A stretch of 64,000 nucleotides of DNA from an uncultured bacterium (GTDB taxonomy: Bacteria; Chloroflexota; UBA5177; JANWHV01), in the NCBI GenBank assembly GCA_963729625.1, contig CAVSOU010000010.1, positions 320,001 through 384,000 on the forward strand, given 5' to 3'. The notes beneath the pieces are model-generated. The model did no database searches, was not told where the DNA came from, and was given only the letters and a program-made list of their open reading frames with translations. Every line of letters starts with the position of its first letter. The first letter of the stretch is position 1. Positions 1 to 8,318 of this stretch are shown here, piece by piece. The position numbers were made by a program, and so were the translations under genes.

Positions 1-122
1 CCAAAGACGACATGATCGTCGCTGAAAGCCACGTAGAGATCCAGACCAGTCGCACGCATGGCCTCTTGGGTTGCCCGCCATCGACGCTCAAACTCATGTC
101 GCGGTAGCGATGGTAGCTGCAC
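1..122 (-). CDS. N-terminus of a probable M24 (Xaa-Pro peptidase/creatinase) family protein, running off the window edge
   Basis: Not in the ORF track. GTG at 122 with GAGGAG at 131-136 translates MQLPSLPRHEFERRWRATQEAMRATGLDLYVAFSDDHVVF, resembling Creatinase_N N-termini (E..RR....R.AM...GLD). Only 40 codons visible. Confidence 0.6.
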   Translation of the reverse strand, partial: MQLPSLPRHEFERRWRATQEAMRATGLDLYVAFSDDHVVF

Positions 123-323
123 GATCCGCCCTCCTCTTTTCGAGCTATTCTGCTTCAGCCAAGGTCGCTTTGCTCTGGAAGCCAGCCAATGCATTCTTGC
201 GCCGTCGGTTCCATGTCGCCAAGGTCAGCATAGCGATCCTGTCGACATCGGGCGGCGGGGCAGATTGCCGGCACTGGTAGACCGTGCTCCAGACGTCTCC
301 ACGTCCTCGCGGCCACCAAACAC

Positions 324-353
324 AAAAAACCGGCCCGTAAAGTGGCCGGTTTT
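324..353 (-). terminator. Intrinsic terminator after the tRNA
   Basis: Minus strand AAAACCGGCC-acttTacg-GGCCGGTTTTTT: GC stem followed by a U-run, starting 4 nt after the tRNA CCA. Confidence 0.85.
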
Positions 354-356
354 CTC

Positions 357-432
357 TGGTACACCCGCGGCGATTCGAACGCCGAACCTTCAGATCCGCA
401 ATCTGATGCTCTATCCATTGAGCTACGGGTGC
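357..432 (-). tRNA. tRNA-Arg, anticodon GCG
   Basis: GCACCCG TA GCTC AATGGATA GAGC A TCAGA TT GCG GA TCTGA AGGTT CGGCG TTCGAAT CGCCG CGGGTGT A CCA: complete 76-nt cloverleaf, encoded CCA, D-loop A20 consistent with Arg identity. Confidence 0.97.
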
Positions 433-448
433 GTGCGCGTGCCATAGT

Positions 449-477
449 AGTATAGCGAGCCGCCGGACCTCATGCAA
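449..477 (-). promoter_or_regulatory. Sigma70-type promoter of the tRNA
   Basis: TTGCAT (477-472), 17-nt spacer, TATACT (454-449), 16 nt upstream of the tRNA 5' end. Confidence 0.8.
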
Positions 478-2224
478 TCCGCCCCGCGCTCGCCTGTGCT
501 GAACATCTCCTGCCGGAAAGTAGCGCTGGCGGCGCGTCTTGCGCCCCCGTCGAGATGGCGGTGCTCGTGGCCTGTTCGGTGTCGCTGAGAAGAGGCGTCG
601 GACTCGGGACCGGGGTCTGAATGAAGTAGTTTGTCGCAGTGGCACTTGCAGGCCGCGATAGCTTCTGCGGCAAGGCAGTCGTACTGGGCCGCGGCTCTGC
701 CACAATCGGCCGAGGCGCGCTCGGAAGCGCCATCAGGGCATGCAGAGGCGGAGGAAGATCGCGGCCCACAATCAAGCCCCCTGATACGAGGCTGCGGATT
801 CCGAGCGGCCCCGCGTATACATAACCGTCTAGGTCGTCCGGCTTTGCACTCCACACCAGCTCGGCGTTCTCAAAATACTGGACAAGGCGCCCGTTCACCT
901 CGCGTTTCTCCGAGATCGGCAGGCCAAACGTCGATGGTCCGCCGTGGGCAAGGTAGAACTGAAGGAAGCGATTGGTGACCGAGTGCCCGGTCTGTGGATA
1001 GTAGCGAGTATCCGCAGTGTTTCTGACCTTCTTCACGGGCAGCAACCAGTCCCGTCCAGGCGCGGCGGCCAGCCCCAGGTGTACGGGAAGCACCACGTGT
1101 GCGACTGGATTATAGACGAGTTGCTGTGCGGCAAAGTACTGAGTGAGTGATCCATCCACGTCGACTGCTTCCGTCTCGGGAGGGCCGAGGCCAGCATATC
1201 CGCCGTGCTTTCTGAAGTAGGTCAGGTACGCACCGGATACGGAGTGGCCGGTATATGGGAAGTACCACTCCAGGCCAGACGCGGCGCCGGAGACAACGAC
1301 CCGATCGGGCGTGTCACCCGCGTGCCCTGACGGCTCCCAGCTGAAGTCGCGCATCGCGTAGTTCATGAGGTCGCGCGCGTCCGTGAACACGTTTGCAGTG
1401 TTGAGAATCGCTGCCATGATGTGCCGCCCGTCGCGCTTGGCGTCGATGACCTGACACACGCCGGCTCCGCTCGTCCAGCCGGGCTTCACGCCATCGGCTC
1501 CCGGATACCACTGGATGAAATAGTCCACGGTCCGCAAGTCGTGCTCCTCGTTGTGCTGTGTCTTGGGCACGATGTATCTCTGAGTGTTCACGATCTTGCG
1601 GAAGAGCGGATAGCGCATGGCATACCGTGCCAAGGTTACAAGGTCGCGGGCCGATGAGTAGTGCCCCGGACTGTCTCCGTCGGCTGACTTCGAGAAGCCA
1701 TAGGGATTCTCGTAGTGTGTGTGCTTCAGCTGCAGCTGCTGAGCGCGGGTGTTCATCAGGGCGACGAAACTGGACTCAGACCCACTCACGTGTTCCGCGA
1801 TGGCTATCGCCGCATCGTTTCCCGAAGGTACCAGCAAGCCGTAGAGCAGATCGGTCATCGAGACGCGCTCGCCTTCGACCAGCCCCATCGTGGACTGGCC
1901 AACGCTCGCGGCTCGCTTGCTGACGCGGACGAGGTCGTGTAAGTGGCCGTGTTCAATCGTGAGCAGCGCCGTCATGATCTTCGTGGTGCTGGCCATGGGA
2001 AGCGGTTTGTCCGCATTGACCATTCTGAGCCACCGGCCCGAATCCACGTCGAGTACGGCCACCGCCGACGCCAGCAACGGTGGTTCTGGATATGCAAGCG
2101 TCGTGCTGAGTGGGCCAATTCCGCCGGCCAGGGCCGGCATGCCGCGAGGATCGTGCTCGCACCCCGTGACCAGGAGTGCGGCGACCACGAGCAGGGCAAG
2201 AATTCGGCGCCGCAATGCTTCCAT
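470..2224 (-). CDS. D-alanyl-D-alanine carboxypeptidase (peptidase S11) lipoprotein with C-terminal surface repeats and a Pro/Thr-rich tail
   Basis: Signal peptide ending LLVTGC (lipobox-like); SxxK (ASTTK), SxN (SGN), third motif KPG; two repeats (WYFPYTGHSV..., YYPQTGHSV...FGLPISE). Start set at MEALRRR; the ORF extends to 2380. Confidence 0.85.
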   Translation of the reverse strand: MEALRRRILALLVVAALLVTGCEHDPRGMPALAGGIGPLSTTLAYPEPPLLASAVAVLDVDSGRWLRMVNADKPLPMASTTKIMTALLTIEHGHLHDLVRVSKRAASVGQSTMGLVEGERVSMTDLLYGLLVPSGNDAAIAIAEHVSGSESSFVALMNTRAQQLQLKHTHYENPYGFSKSADGDSPGHYSSARDLVTLARYAMRYPLFRKIVNTQRYIVPKTQHNEEHDLRTVDYFIQWYPGADGVKPGWTSGAGVCQVIDAKRDGRHIMAAILNTANVFTDARDLMNYAMRDFSWEPSGHAGDTPDRVVVSGAASGLEWYFPYTGHSVSGAYLTYFRKHGGYAGLGPPETEAVDVDGSLTQYFAAQQLVYNPVAHVVLPVHLGLAAAPGRDWLLPVKKVRNTADTRYYPQTGHSVTNRFLQFYLAHGGPSTFGLPISEKREVNGRLVQYFENAELVWSAKPDDLDGYVYAGPLGIRSLVSGGLIVGRDLPPPLHALMALPSAPRPIVAEPRPSTTALPQKLSRPASATATNYFIQTPVPSPTPLLSDTEQATSTAISTGAQDAPPALLSGRRCSAQASAGRIA

Positions 2225-2307
2225 GCTTCCACTCGGCCGTAGGAGCCGTGGCCGGTGCAGGCCACGCAGCGCCACAGTACGACAGACGGCAAGGCCTGTC
2301 AATCCGG

Positions 2308-3891
2308 TTATGGCGCTACTTGGCCTCCGTACTCGCCCCACTCTTCTCGGAGCACGGTGCAGATCTCGCCTATCGTGCAATGGGCTGCGAGCGCCCGTTT
2401 CATCGGTGGAAGCATGTTGCCGGTCCCGCGGGCAGCCGAACGGACCTCAGAAAGCGATCCGGAAACCGCGGTCTCGCTCCTTTGCGACTTCATGCGAGCG
2501 AGCGCCTGGATCTGGGCCTTCTCACCCTCCGGATCGAGATGATGGAGGCGCAGCGTGGAGTGCTGCTCGGACCGCTGATAATTCATGCCGACCACGATCT
2601 TGTCACTCGCCTGCACTGCGAGCTGATCGTCGTAGGCACTCAACTCTATCTTGCTTTGCATGAAACCCGACTCAATGGCCGCGACAGCTCCACCAAGTGA
2701 GTCAATTTCGTCGATAAGCTCGCGCGCTCGCCGCTCGACCTCGTCGGTGAGATATTCGACGTAGTACGAACCTCCGAGTGGGTCGGCGGTGGCCGTGATT
2801 CCGGTCTCCAGGCCGATTATCTGTTGCGTCCGCAGCGCGAGGGTTGCGGACTCCTCCGTCGGCAAAGCAAGCGCTTCGTCGTAGCTATTGGTGTGCAGGC
2901 TCTGCGTGCCGCCGAGGACGCCAGCCAACGCCTGCAGCGTCACGCGCACGACGTTATTCAGGGGCTGCTGGGCCGTCAACGCGCTACCCGCCGTCTGCGT
3001 GTGGAAGCGCATCAGTTGCGAGGCGGCGTTCTCGCAATTGAATCTCTCCCGAATAATGGTCGCCCATAGCCTTCGCGCCGCCCTGAATTTGGCGATCTCT
3101 TCGAAGAAATCGATGTGGGCGTTGAAGAAGAATGACAGCCTGGGGGCGAATTGCTCAATGCGCAGACCGGCCTTCAGTGCACTTTCGACGTAAGCGATTC
3201 CGTTTGCCAGGGTAAACGCGAGCTCCTGCACTGCTGTCGCGCCGGCCTCGCGAATATGGTAGCCGCTGATGCTGATGGTGTTCCATTGCGGCATGCTGTC
3301 GTTGCAATAGGCGAAAATATCCGTGATCAGGCGCATCGAAGGTCGCGGGGGGAAGATGTACGTGCCTCGCGCGACATATTCCTTGAGAATGTCGTTCTGA
3401 ATCGTTCCATGTAGCGACTTCGCGGGCACGCCCTGCTCGTCTGCCGCCAGCTCGTAGAGCAGCAACAGCATTGCGGCAGTTGCATTGATAGTCATCGACG
3501 TGCTGACCTTGTCCAATGGAATTCCGTCAAAGAGGCGCTGCATGTCGGCGAGGGAATCGATGGCCACGCCGACGCGGCCGACCTCGCCTTCGGACAAAGG
3601 GTGGTCCGAATCGTACCCGATCTGCGTCGGAAGGTCGAAGGCTACGCTGAGGCCGGTGCCGCCGCCGTCGAGTAGCATCTTGAACCGTCCATTTGTCTCG
3701 GCGGCCGATGCGTACCCCGCGTACTGCCTGATGGTCCACAAACGATTGCGGTACATCTCCGGGTAGATTCCGCGCGTGAAAGGGTATGAGCCAGGAAGTG
3801 ACTGCTCTCTCTGGCTCTGGAGGTCAGTATGTACGGGGTCGATTGGAATACCTGACCCTGTGGTGCGCGCGGATGTGGTCCTATCCGTCAC
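2308..3891 (-). CDS. Methylmalonyl-CoA mutase, substrate-binding (large) subunit
   Basis: [55 protein letters not shown]. The Tyr/Arg specificity residues are MCM-type. No B12-binding domain. GTG start at 3891 inferred. Confidence 0.92.
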   Translation of the reverse strand: MTDRTTSARTTGSGIPIDPVHTDLQSQREQSLPGSYPFTRGIYPEMYRNRLWTIRQYAGYASAAETNGRFKMLLDGGGTGLSVAFDLPTQIGYDSDHPLSEGEVGRVGVAIDSLADMQRLFDGIPLDKVSTSMTINATAAMLLLLYELAADEQGVPAKSLHGTIQNDILKEYVARGTYIFPPRPSMRLITDIFAYCNDSMPQWNTISISGYHIREAGATAVQELAFTLANGIAYVESALKAGLRIEQFAPRLSFFFNAHIDFFEEIAKFRAARRLWATIIRERFNCENAASQLMRFHTQTAGSALTAQQPLNNVVRVTLQALAGVLGGTQSLHTNSYDEALALPTEESATLALRTQQIIGLETGITATADPLGGSYYVEYLTDEVERRARELIDEIDSLGGAVAAIESGFMQSKIELSAYDDQLAVQASDKIVVGMNYQRSEQHSTLRLHHLDPEGEKAQIQALARMKSQRSETAVSGSLSEVRSAARGTGNMLPPMKRALAAHCTIGEICTVLREEWGEYGGQVAP

Positions 3892-3967
3892 GGCACAATA
3901 CTCGCGCAGTGACGTTTGTGCCGCAGGGAGCGGAATGCATGAAGACACGGCCGCGGCGCCGCCCCGA

Positions 3968-4867
3968 TCATGTTGAGCTGGAGCGGGCCCGGAGAGTCTC
4001 GCCCACAAGTTCCACTATCTCCGGAATCGTGTCCGCGACCGGGAAACCGCGCCCGCGAAAGGCTGCAACCTTGGATTCAGGTCCGCCGGTACCGCCGCTG
4101 ATGATTGCGCCTGCGTGACCCATGCGCTTGCCTGGAGGGGCGCTCCGGCCCGATATGAAGGTGACAACCGGCTTCCGAGCCGTGGGCGGTATGCCGTCCA
4201 GATAGGCAGCTGCCTCTTCCTCGTCGCTGCCGCCGATTTCGCCGATGAGCACCACCGCATCGGTGGCCGGATCCGCCTGGAAAAGCTGGAGAACATCGAC
4301 AAAGGTCGAACCGATGATCGGGTCGCCGCCGATGCCCACACAGGTACTTTGGCCCACGCCATGCCTGCTGAGCAAGTCGCCGACTTCGTAGGTTAGCGTA
4401 CCACTCCGCGAAGCAATTCCCACTCGTCCCGGTAAGAACACGTCGCCCGGCATGATGCCCACCTTTGCTGCGCCGGGAGTTATCACTCCAGGACAGTTCG
4501 GACCGATCAATCGGGTGCGCGGATGGTCTTGGAGAAAGCGCACGACCCGTACCATGTCGTGAATGGGAATGCCCTCGCTCAGGCAAACGACAAGCGCAAT
4601 CCCCGCATGTGCCGCCTCCATTATCGCGTCGGCCGCGCCGGGAGCAGGAACGAATATGATCGATGCGTTCGCGCCGGTCGCCGCCACGGCCTCGCTGGCC
4701 GAATCAAACACCGGAATCCCGGCCCTTTGCTCCCCGCCCTTTCCGGGCGTGACGCCGGCCACCACGTTGGTGCCGTAGGCGACCATCTGCGACGTGTGGA
4801 AAGCCCCATCGCGTCCCGTCATGCCCTGCACCAGCAAACGCGTATCGGCATCTACAAGAATCGACAT
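3968..4867 (-). CDS. sucD: Succinyl-CoA synthetase alpha subunit
   Basis: [29 protein letters not shown], and phospho-His motif RMGHAGA. Confidence 0.96.
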   Translation of the reverse strand: MSILVDADTRLLVQGMTGRDGAFHTSQMVAYGTNVVAGVTPGKGGEQRAGIPVFDSASEAVAATGANASIIFVPAPGAADAIMEAAHAGIALVVCLSEGIPIHDMVRVVRFLQDHPRTRLIGPNCPGVITPGAAKVGIMPGDVFLPGRVGIASRSGTLTYEVGDLLSRHGVGQSTCVGIGGDPIIGSTFVDVLQLFQADPATDAVVLIGEIGGSDEEEAAAYLDGIPPTARKPVVTFISGRSAPPGKRMGHAGAIISGGTGGPESKVAAFRGRGFPVADTIPEIVELVGETLRARSSST

Positions 4868-4878
4868 CTGTTCCTCGT

Positions 4879-5436
4879 TTACAATTCCTGAATGGTCACA
4901 GTGTTTATCACCACTCGCTCACGAGGCGCGGACTTGTCCGGACCGCCAACAGGGGTATCGGCAATCTTGTCGACAACGTCGAGGCCGGCAGTGACCTGTC
5001 CAAAGATCGTGTACTGCGGAGGCAGCCGCGTGCCGCTTGCTCCCTGCACAATGAAGAACTGACTCCCATTGGTATTCGGGCCCGCATTCGCCATGGCAAG
5101 AGTGCCGAGCTTGTATGGGCTCGTGACCGGCTCATCCTCGAATCGATATCCGGGTCCGCCGGTACCGGATCCTGTCGGATCGCCGCCCTGAATCATGAAA
5201 CCCTTGATTACGCGATGGAAGATGACCCCGTCATAGAATCCTTGTGTGGCCAGAAACACGAAGTTGTTGACGGTCCTGGGCGCGACGTCGCTGAAGAGCT
5301 CGACCGTGATTGAGCCAAAGTTCGTGTCCAGCGTCGCGGAATAGGACTTGCCTGGATTCAGTGCCATGGCGGGCGCGGCGCCCCACTGATTCTTTCCGCG
5401 TGGCCGCTGGCCCGCCGCAGAGAACGCTTCAAGCAT
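4879..5436 (-). CDS. Cyclophilin-type peptidyl-prolyl isomerase (cytosolic)
   Basis: [34 protein letters not shown]. Confidence 0.95.
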   Translation of the reverse strand: MLEAFSAAGQRPRGKNQWGAAPAMALNPGKSYSATLDTNFGSITVELFSDVAPRTVNNFVFLATQGFYDGVIFHRVIKGFMIQGGDPTGSGTGGPGYRFEDEPVTSPYKLGTLAMANAGPNTNGSQFFIVQGASGTRLPPQYTIFGQVTAGLDVVDKIADTPVGGPDKSAPRERVVINTVTIQEL

Positions 5437-5581
5437 CTCCGTATCTCCCCTATCCTGACCCTCTGTGTCGCGGAGGCAGTCACGTCAATCCAGGACGGCC
5501 ACTATCGAACCGAGTGACCGTCCTGTGCAGTCATCCGGCAGCCAGAATGACCGACATGCCGAACGTCGCGCAGTCGACCGT

Positions 5582-6526
5582 CTACGACACCTGTATCGTA
5601 ACGTTGGTTATCTTTACGGGCTTGTTCGGAGCGCTGGCCTCACCGCTCGCGGAGGCGTGCACCTTTGCCTGAGCGATCGTATTCACGACTGCCTGGCCGG
5701 CCGTCACATGGCCAAACAAGGCGTACGTGCGTGGGAGCGACGCGCCCTGCGGCCCCTGAATGATAAAGAACTGACTGCCACCCGTGTTGGCCGACGACAT
5801 GTTGGCCATCGCCAGATCCCCGATCTCGTAGGCACGCGGCACAGCATCATCCTTGATCGTATAGCCCGGACCGCCGGTCCCGGTCCCAGTTGGATCGCCG
5901 CCCTGGATCATGAATCCCGACACCACGCGATGGAAGATGATCCCATTGAAATAGTCGTGGCAGGCGAGGAAGACGAAGTTGTTCGCCGCGATCGGGCCCA
6001 ATTTCGGCAGAATATCGGCCGTGATTGCCCCGTACGTTGTGAAGATCGTCGCCGTATAGTTCTTGCTCTTGTCAATGACCTGAGATGGCGCCGCACCCCA
6101 TTTCTTCGCTCCTTCAGCCTTATTCGCTGCGCGAGCAAACGGCGCACACGCAGCTGAACTTGCCGCCAGCTGCGCGCCGCTTGGCACCGAGGGCGTGCCG
6201 ATGGCCACGGTCGGCAGTGGCGAGGGAGTCTTGGTGGGCGACACAGGAGGCTGGGTTGGCATTGGGGTCATCGTTAACGTCGCGCCCGAAGCGGCGGTAG
6301 TCGTTGGACCGGTCTGCTGCGCTAGCAGGACTATGGCGATGATCGTTGCCACGACTGCAACCACGGCGATGATTCCGAACACCATTGGAAAGGGATCGCG
6401 AACCTCGAGGCCTCGTCGACCTGCCGGATGAGGCCGCGTAGAACGCGCCTGGTCCGGCGCACCACTAGCGCGAGGACTGGCCGGCTTAGGGGGGCGATCT
6501 GTGGGATCAGTTGGTCCGGTACTCAT
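5582..6526 (-). CDS. Membrane-anchored cyclophilin-type peptidyl-prolyl isomerase
   Basis: N-terminal TM helix (VFGIIAVVAVVATIIAIVLLA), P/T-rich linker, [34 protein letters not shown]. Confidence 0.93.
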   Translation of the reverse strand: MSTGPTDPTDRPPKPASPRASGAPDQARSTRPHPAGRRGLEVRDPFPMVFGIIAVVAVVATIIAIVLLAQQTGPTTTAASGATLTMTPMPTQPPVSPTKTPSPLPTVAIGTPSVPSGAQLAASSAACAPFARAANKAEGAKKWGAAPSQVIDKSKNYTATIFTTYGAITADILPKLGPIAANNFVFLACHDYFNGIIFHRVVSGFMIQGGDPTGTGTGGPGYTIKDDAVPRAYEIGDLAMANMSSANTGGSQFFIIQGPQGASLPRTYALFGHVTAGQAVVNTIAQAKVHASASGEASAPNKPVKITNVTIQVS

Positions 6527-6646
6527 CCGTCAATACGTCTCCTGCTATTCAATAACGGGACAGCCGGCTGTCCGCGCGGCCGCGCAGCCGGTTACACCAT
6601 ACATGCGCGCATTTGAACATGTCAAAGAACAGCATACAATGCGGCT

Positions 6647-6676
6647 TTGACCTTCGGTGAACGAATATGCTAGCAT
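6647..6676 (+). promoter_or_regulatory. Promoter of rpmI-rplT
   Basis: TTGACC, 18-nt spacer, extended -10 TGcTAGCAT. Confidence 0.65.
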
Positions 6677-6687
6677 GCTGCAGTAAA

Positions 6688-6810
6688 CGTCGTGGGAGAT
6701 GGCGACGCAGGTGTGGCTGTGCCCATCAGCCTGGATGTGTCGCGCTCGGTGGTCGCGGACGGGTTTAAGCCGGTGATGCCATTTCATGACGGTATGAGGT
6801 GTCCGGCTTA
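6688..6810 (+). ncRNA. Candidate structured 5' leader of rpmI-rplT (possible L20-responsive element)
   Basis: Hand-found stems: 6688-6703 with 6778-6791, 6702-6709 with 6736-6743, and an alternative TAAGCCGG/CCGGCTTA (6766-6773/6803-6810). Confidence 0.4.
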
Positions 6811-6834
6811 CTAGCGTGTTGGAGAGGTCGTTCG

Positions 6835-7041
6835 ATGCCGAAGCTCAAGACGCACAAAGGGAGCGCCAAGCGTTTCCAGTACAGTGGAAGCGGCAAGGCA
6901 ATGCTTCCCAAGGCGTGGAAGAACCACAAGCGGAGCGCGCGCTCCCGCCGCTCGAGGGCATTGATGGGCCAAATGCTGATCGCGCACAAGGGCGATGCGA
7001 AGCGGATCCAGAAGTTGATCCCGTACGGGGATCCGCGCTAG
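6835..7041 (+). CDS. rpmI: 50S ribosomal protein L35
   Basis: MPKLKTHKGSAKRF; GGAGAGG RBS; directly upstream of rplT. Confidence 0.96.
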   Translation: MPKLKTHKGSAKRFQYSGSGKAMLPKAWKNHKRSARSRRSRALMGQMLIAHKGDAKRIQKLIPYGDPR

Positions 7042-7068
7042 CGGCAGCGTTACAGGAGAAGAGGGGAA

Positions 7069-7416
7069 ATGCCTCGAGTTAAGCGTGGCGTGCCGGCGCA
7101 CAAGCGGCACAAGAACGTACTTGCGCTCACGAAGGGCCACTGGGGCGCCCGTCACCGGCTGTACCGCACGGCGCACGAGTCCATGCTCCACGCGTTGGCC
7201 TATGCATATCGCGATCGCCGCAATCGCAAGCGTGACTTCCGCAGGCTCTGGATTCAGCGTATCAACGCCGCGGCGCGGCTCAACGGCCTCTCTTATAGCC
7301 GGTTCATTGCAGGACTGATCAAGGCGCATGTCGCGATTGACCGGAAGATACTGGCCGAACTGGCCGTGAACGATCCTGGCGCGTTCACCGAATTGACGAA
7401 ACTTGCCCAGGCCTGA
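7069..7416 (+). CDS. rplT: 50S ribosomal protein L20
   Basis: MPRVKRG...[24 protein letters not shown]...DRKILA. Confidence 0.98.
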   Translation: MPRVKRGVPAHKRHKNVLALTKGHWGARHRLYRTAHESMLHALAYAYRDRRNRKRDFRRLWIQRINAAARLNGLSYSRFIAGLIKAHVAIDRKILAELAVNDPGAFTELTKLAQA

Positions 7417-7444
7417 GTGGCCCGGCGCGGGGGGCGAGCGCGAA

Positions 7445-8275
7445 TTGGCGTCTCGCCCCTCGCAACGAGGACCGGGGCCCCGCCCCGACGCGATCACCGA
7501 CGCCGCGATCCGCAGCGCGCGTCTGCTGCGCACACCGCAGGGCCGGCGACGTCTGGGTCAGTTCCTCCTTGAGGGCGTTCGCCTGACCGAAGATGCCCTG
7601 TCTCGAGGTGTCCGGCCGGACGCAATATTCATCACACCGCATCTTCTGGACTCCACCGACCGCGGCAAGGATCTGGCTCGTACAGTGCGCCGCATCGGCG
7701 CGCCGCTGTTCGAGATTTCCGAGCGGCATCTGGGACTGGTTGCCGACACTGAGACCCCCGCCGGTATCGTGGTCGTCGCCACAACTCCGGCGCCGCCACG
7801 AAGCCTCCCAGCACCGCTATCACCCGGGCTCGGCGCCGTCATGCTCGACCAGGTGCGCGACCCCGGCAACATCGGGGGAATTCTGCGCACGTCGGCCGCC
7901 GCTGGGATCCGTCACGTCGTGTCCACCGAAGGCAGCGCGGATATCTGGGCTCCCAAGGTCGTACGGGCAGGGGCCGGCGCCCACTTTCGCCTCTCTATCT
8001 ACGCCGGCAGGCCGGTCGACGAGATTGAGGCATGGTTGGGTGAGTGGGACCAATGTGTTCTGGCGGACGGCAGAAGCAGAACCACAATCTATGAGGTTGA
8101 CTGGTCGCTCGCTACCGTGCTCGTCCTTTCCAATGAGGCCCGTGGCGCTTCCAGCTGGCTTGACGAAATGGCTGTGACGAGAGCCGCGATTCCGATGAGC
8201 GCCGAAACCGAATCGATGAACGTGGGCGCTGCCGCTGCCGTGTTCCTCTACGAAGCGCGCCGGTCTTTTCTGTAA
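7445..8275 (+). CDS. TrmH/SpoU family RNA 2'-O-methyltransferase
   Basis: VRDPGNIGGILRT, LSNEARG, ESMNVGAAAAVFLYE; usual position after rplT. Start uncertain (TTG 7445). Confidence 0.9.
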   Translation: MASRPSQRGPGPRPDAITDAAIRSARLLRTPQGRRRLGQFLLEGVRLTEDALSRGVRPDAIFITPHLLDSTDRGKDLARTVRRIGAPLFEISERHLGLVADTETPAGIVVVATTPAPPRSLPAPLSPGLGAVMLDQVRDPGNIGGILRTSAAAGIRHVVSTEGSADIWAPKVVRAGAGAHFRLSIYAGRPVDEIEAWLGEWDQCVLADGRSRTTIYEVDWSLATVLVLSNEARGASSWLDEMAVTRAAIPMSAETESMNVGAAAAVFLYEARRSFL

Positions 8276-8318
8276 GCAGGCGGATCCAAGAATTGCTGAG
8301 ATGAAGGGATGAGGTCCG

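Noticed and set aside
1-470. tRNA as an integration site for a genomic island
   Set aside because: No integrase and no duplicated tRNA 3' end seen in the window; the downstream gene looks like an ordinary peptidase.
2308-3891. Isobutyryl-CoA or other variant acyl-CoA mutase
   Set aside because: RQY and the Arg in KEYVARG match methylmalonyl-CoA specificity rather than the Phe/Gln of IcmA.
5465-6157. 230-aa plus-strand ORF (similar cases: 11717-12832, 14252-15283, 33028-34521)
   Set aside because: Antisense shadows of well-supported genes in GC-rich DNA, with no recognisable motifs.
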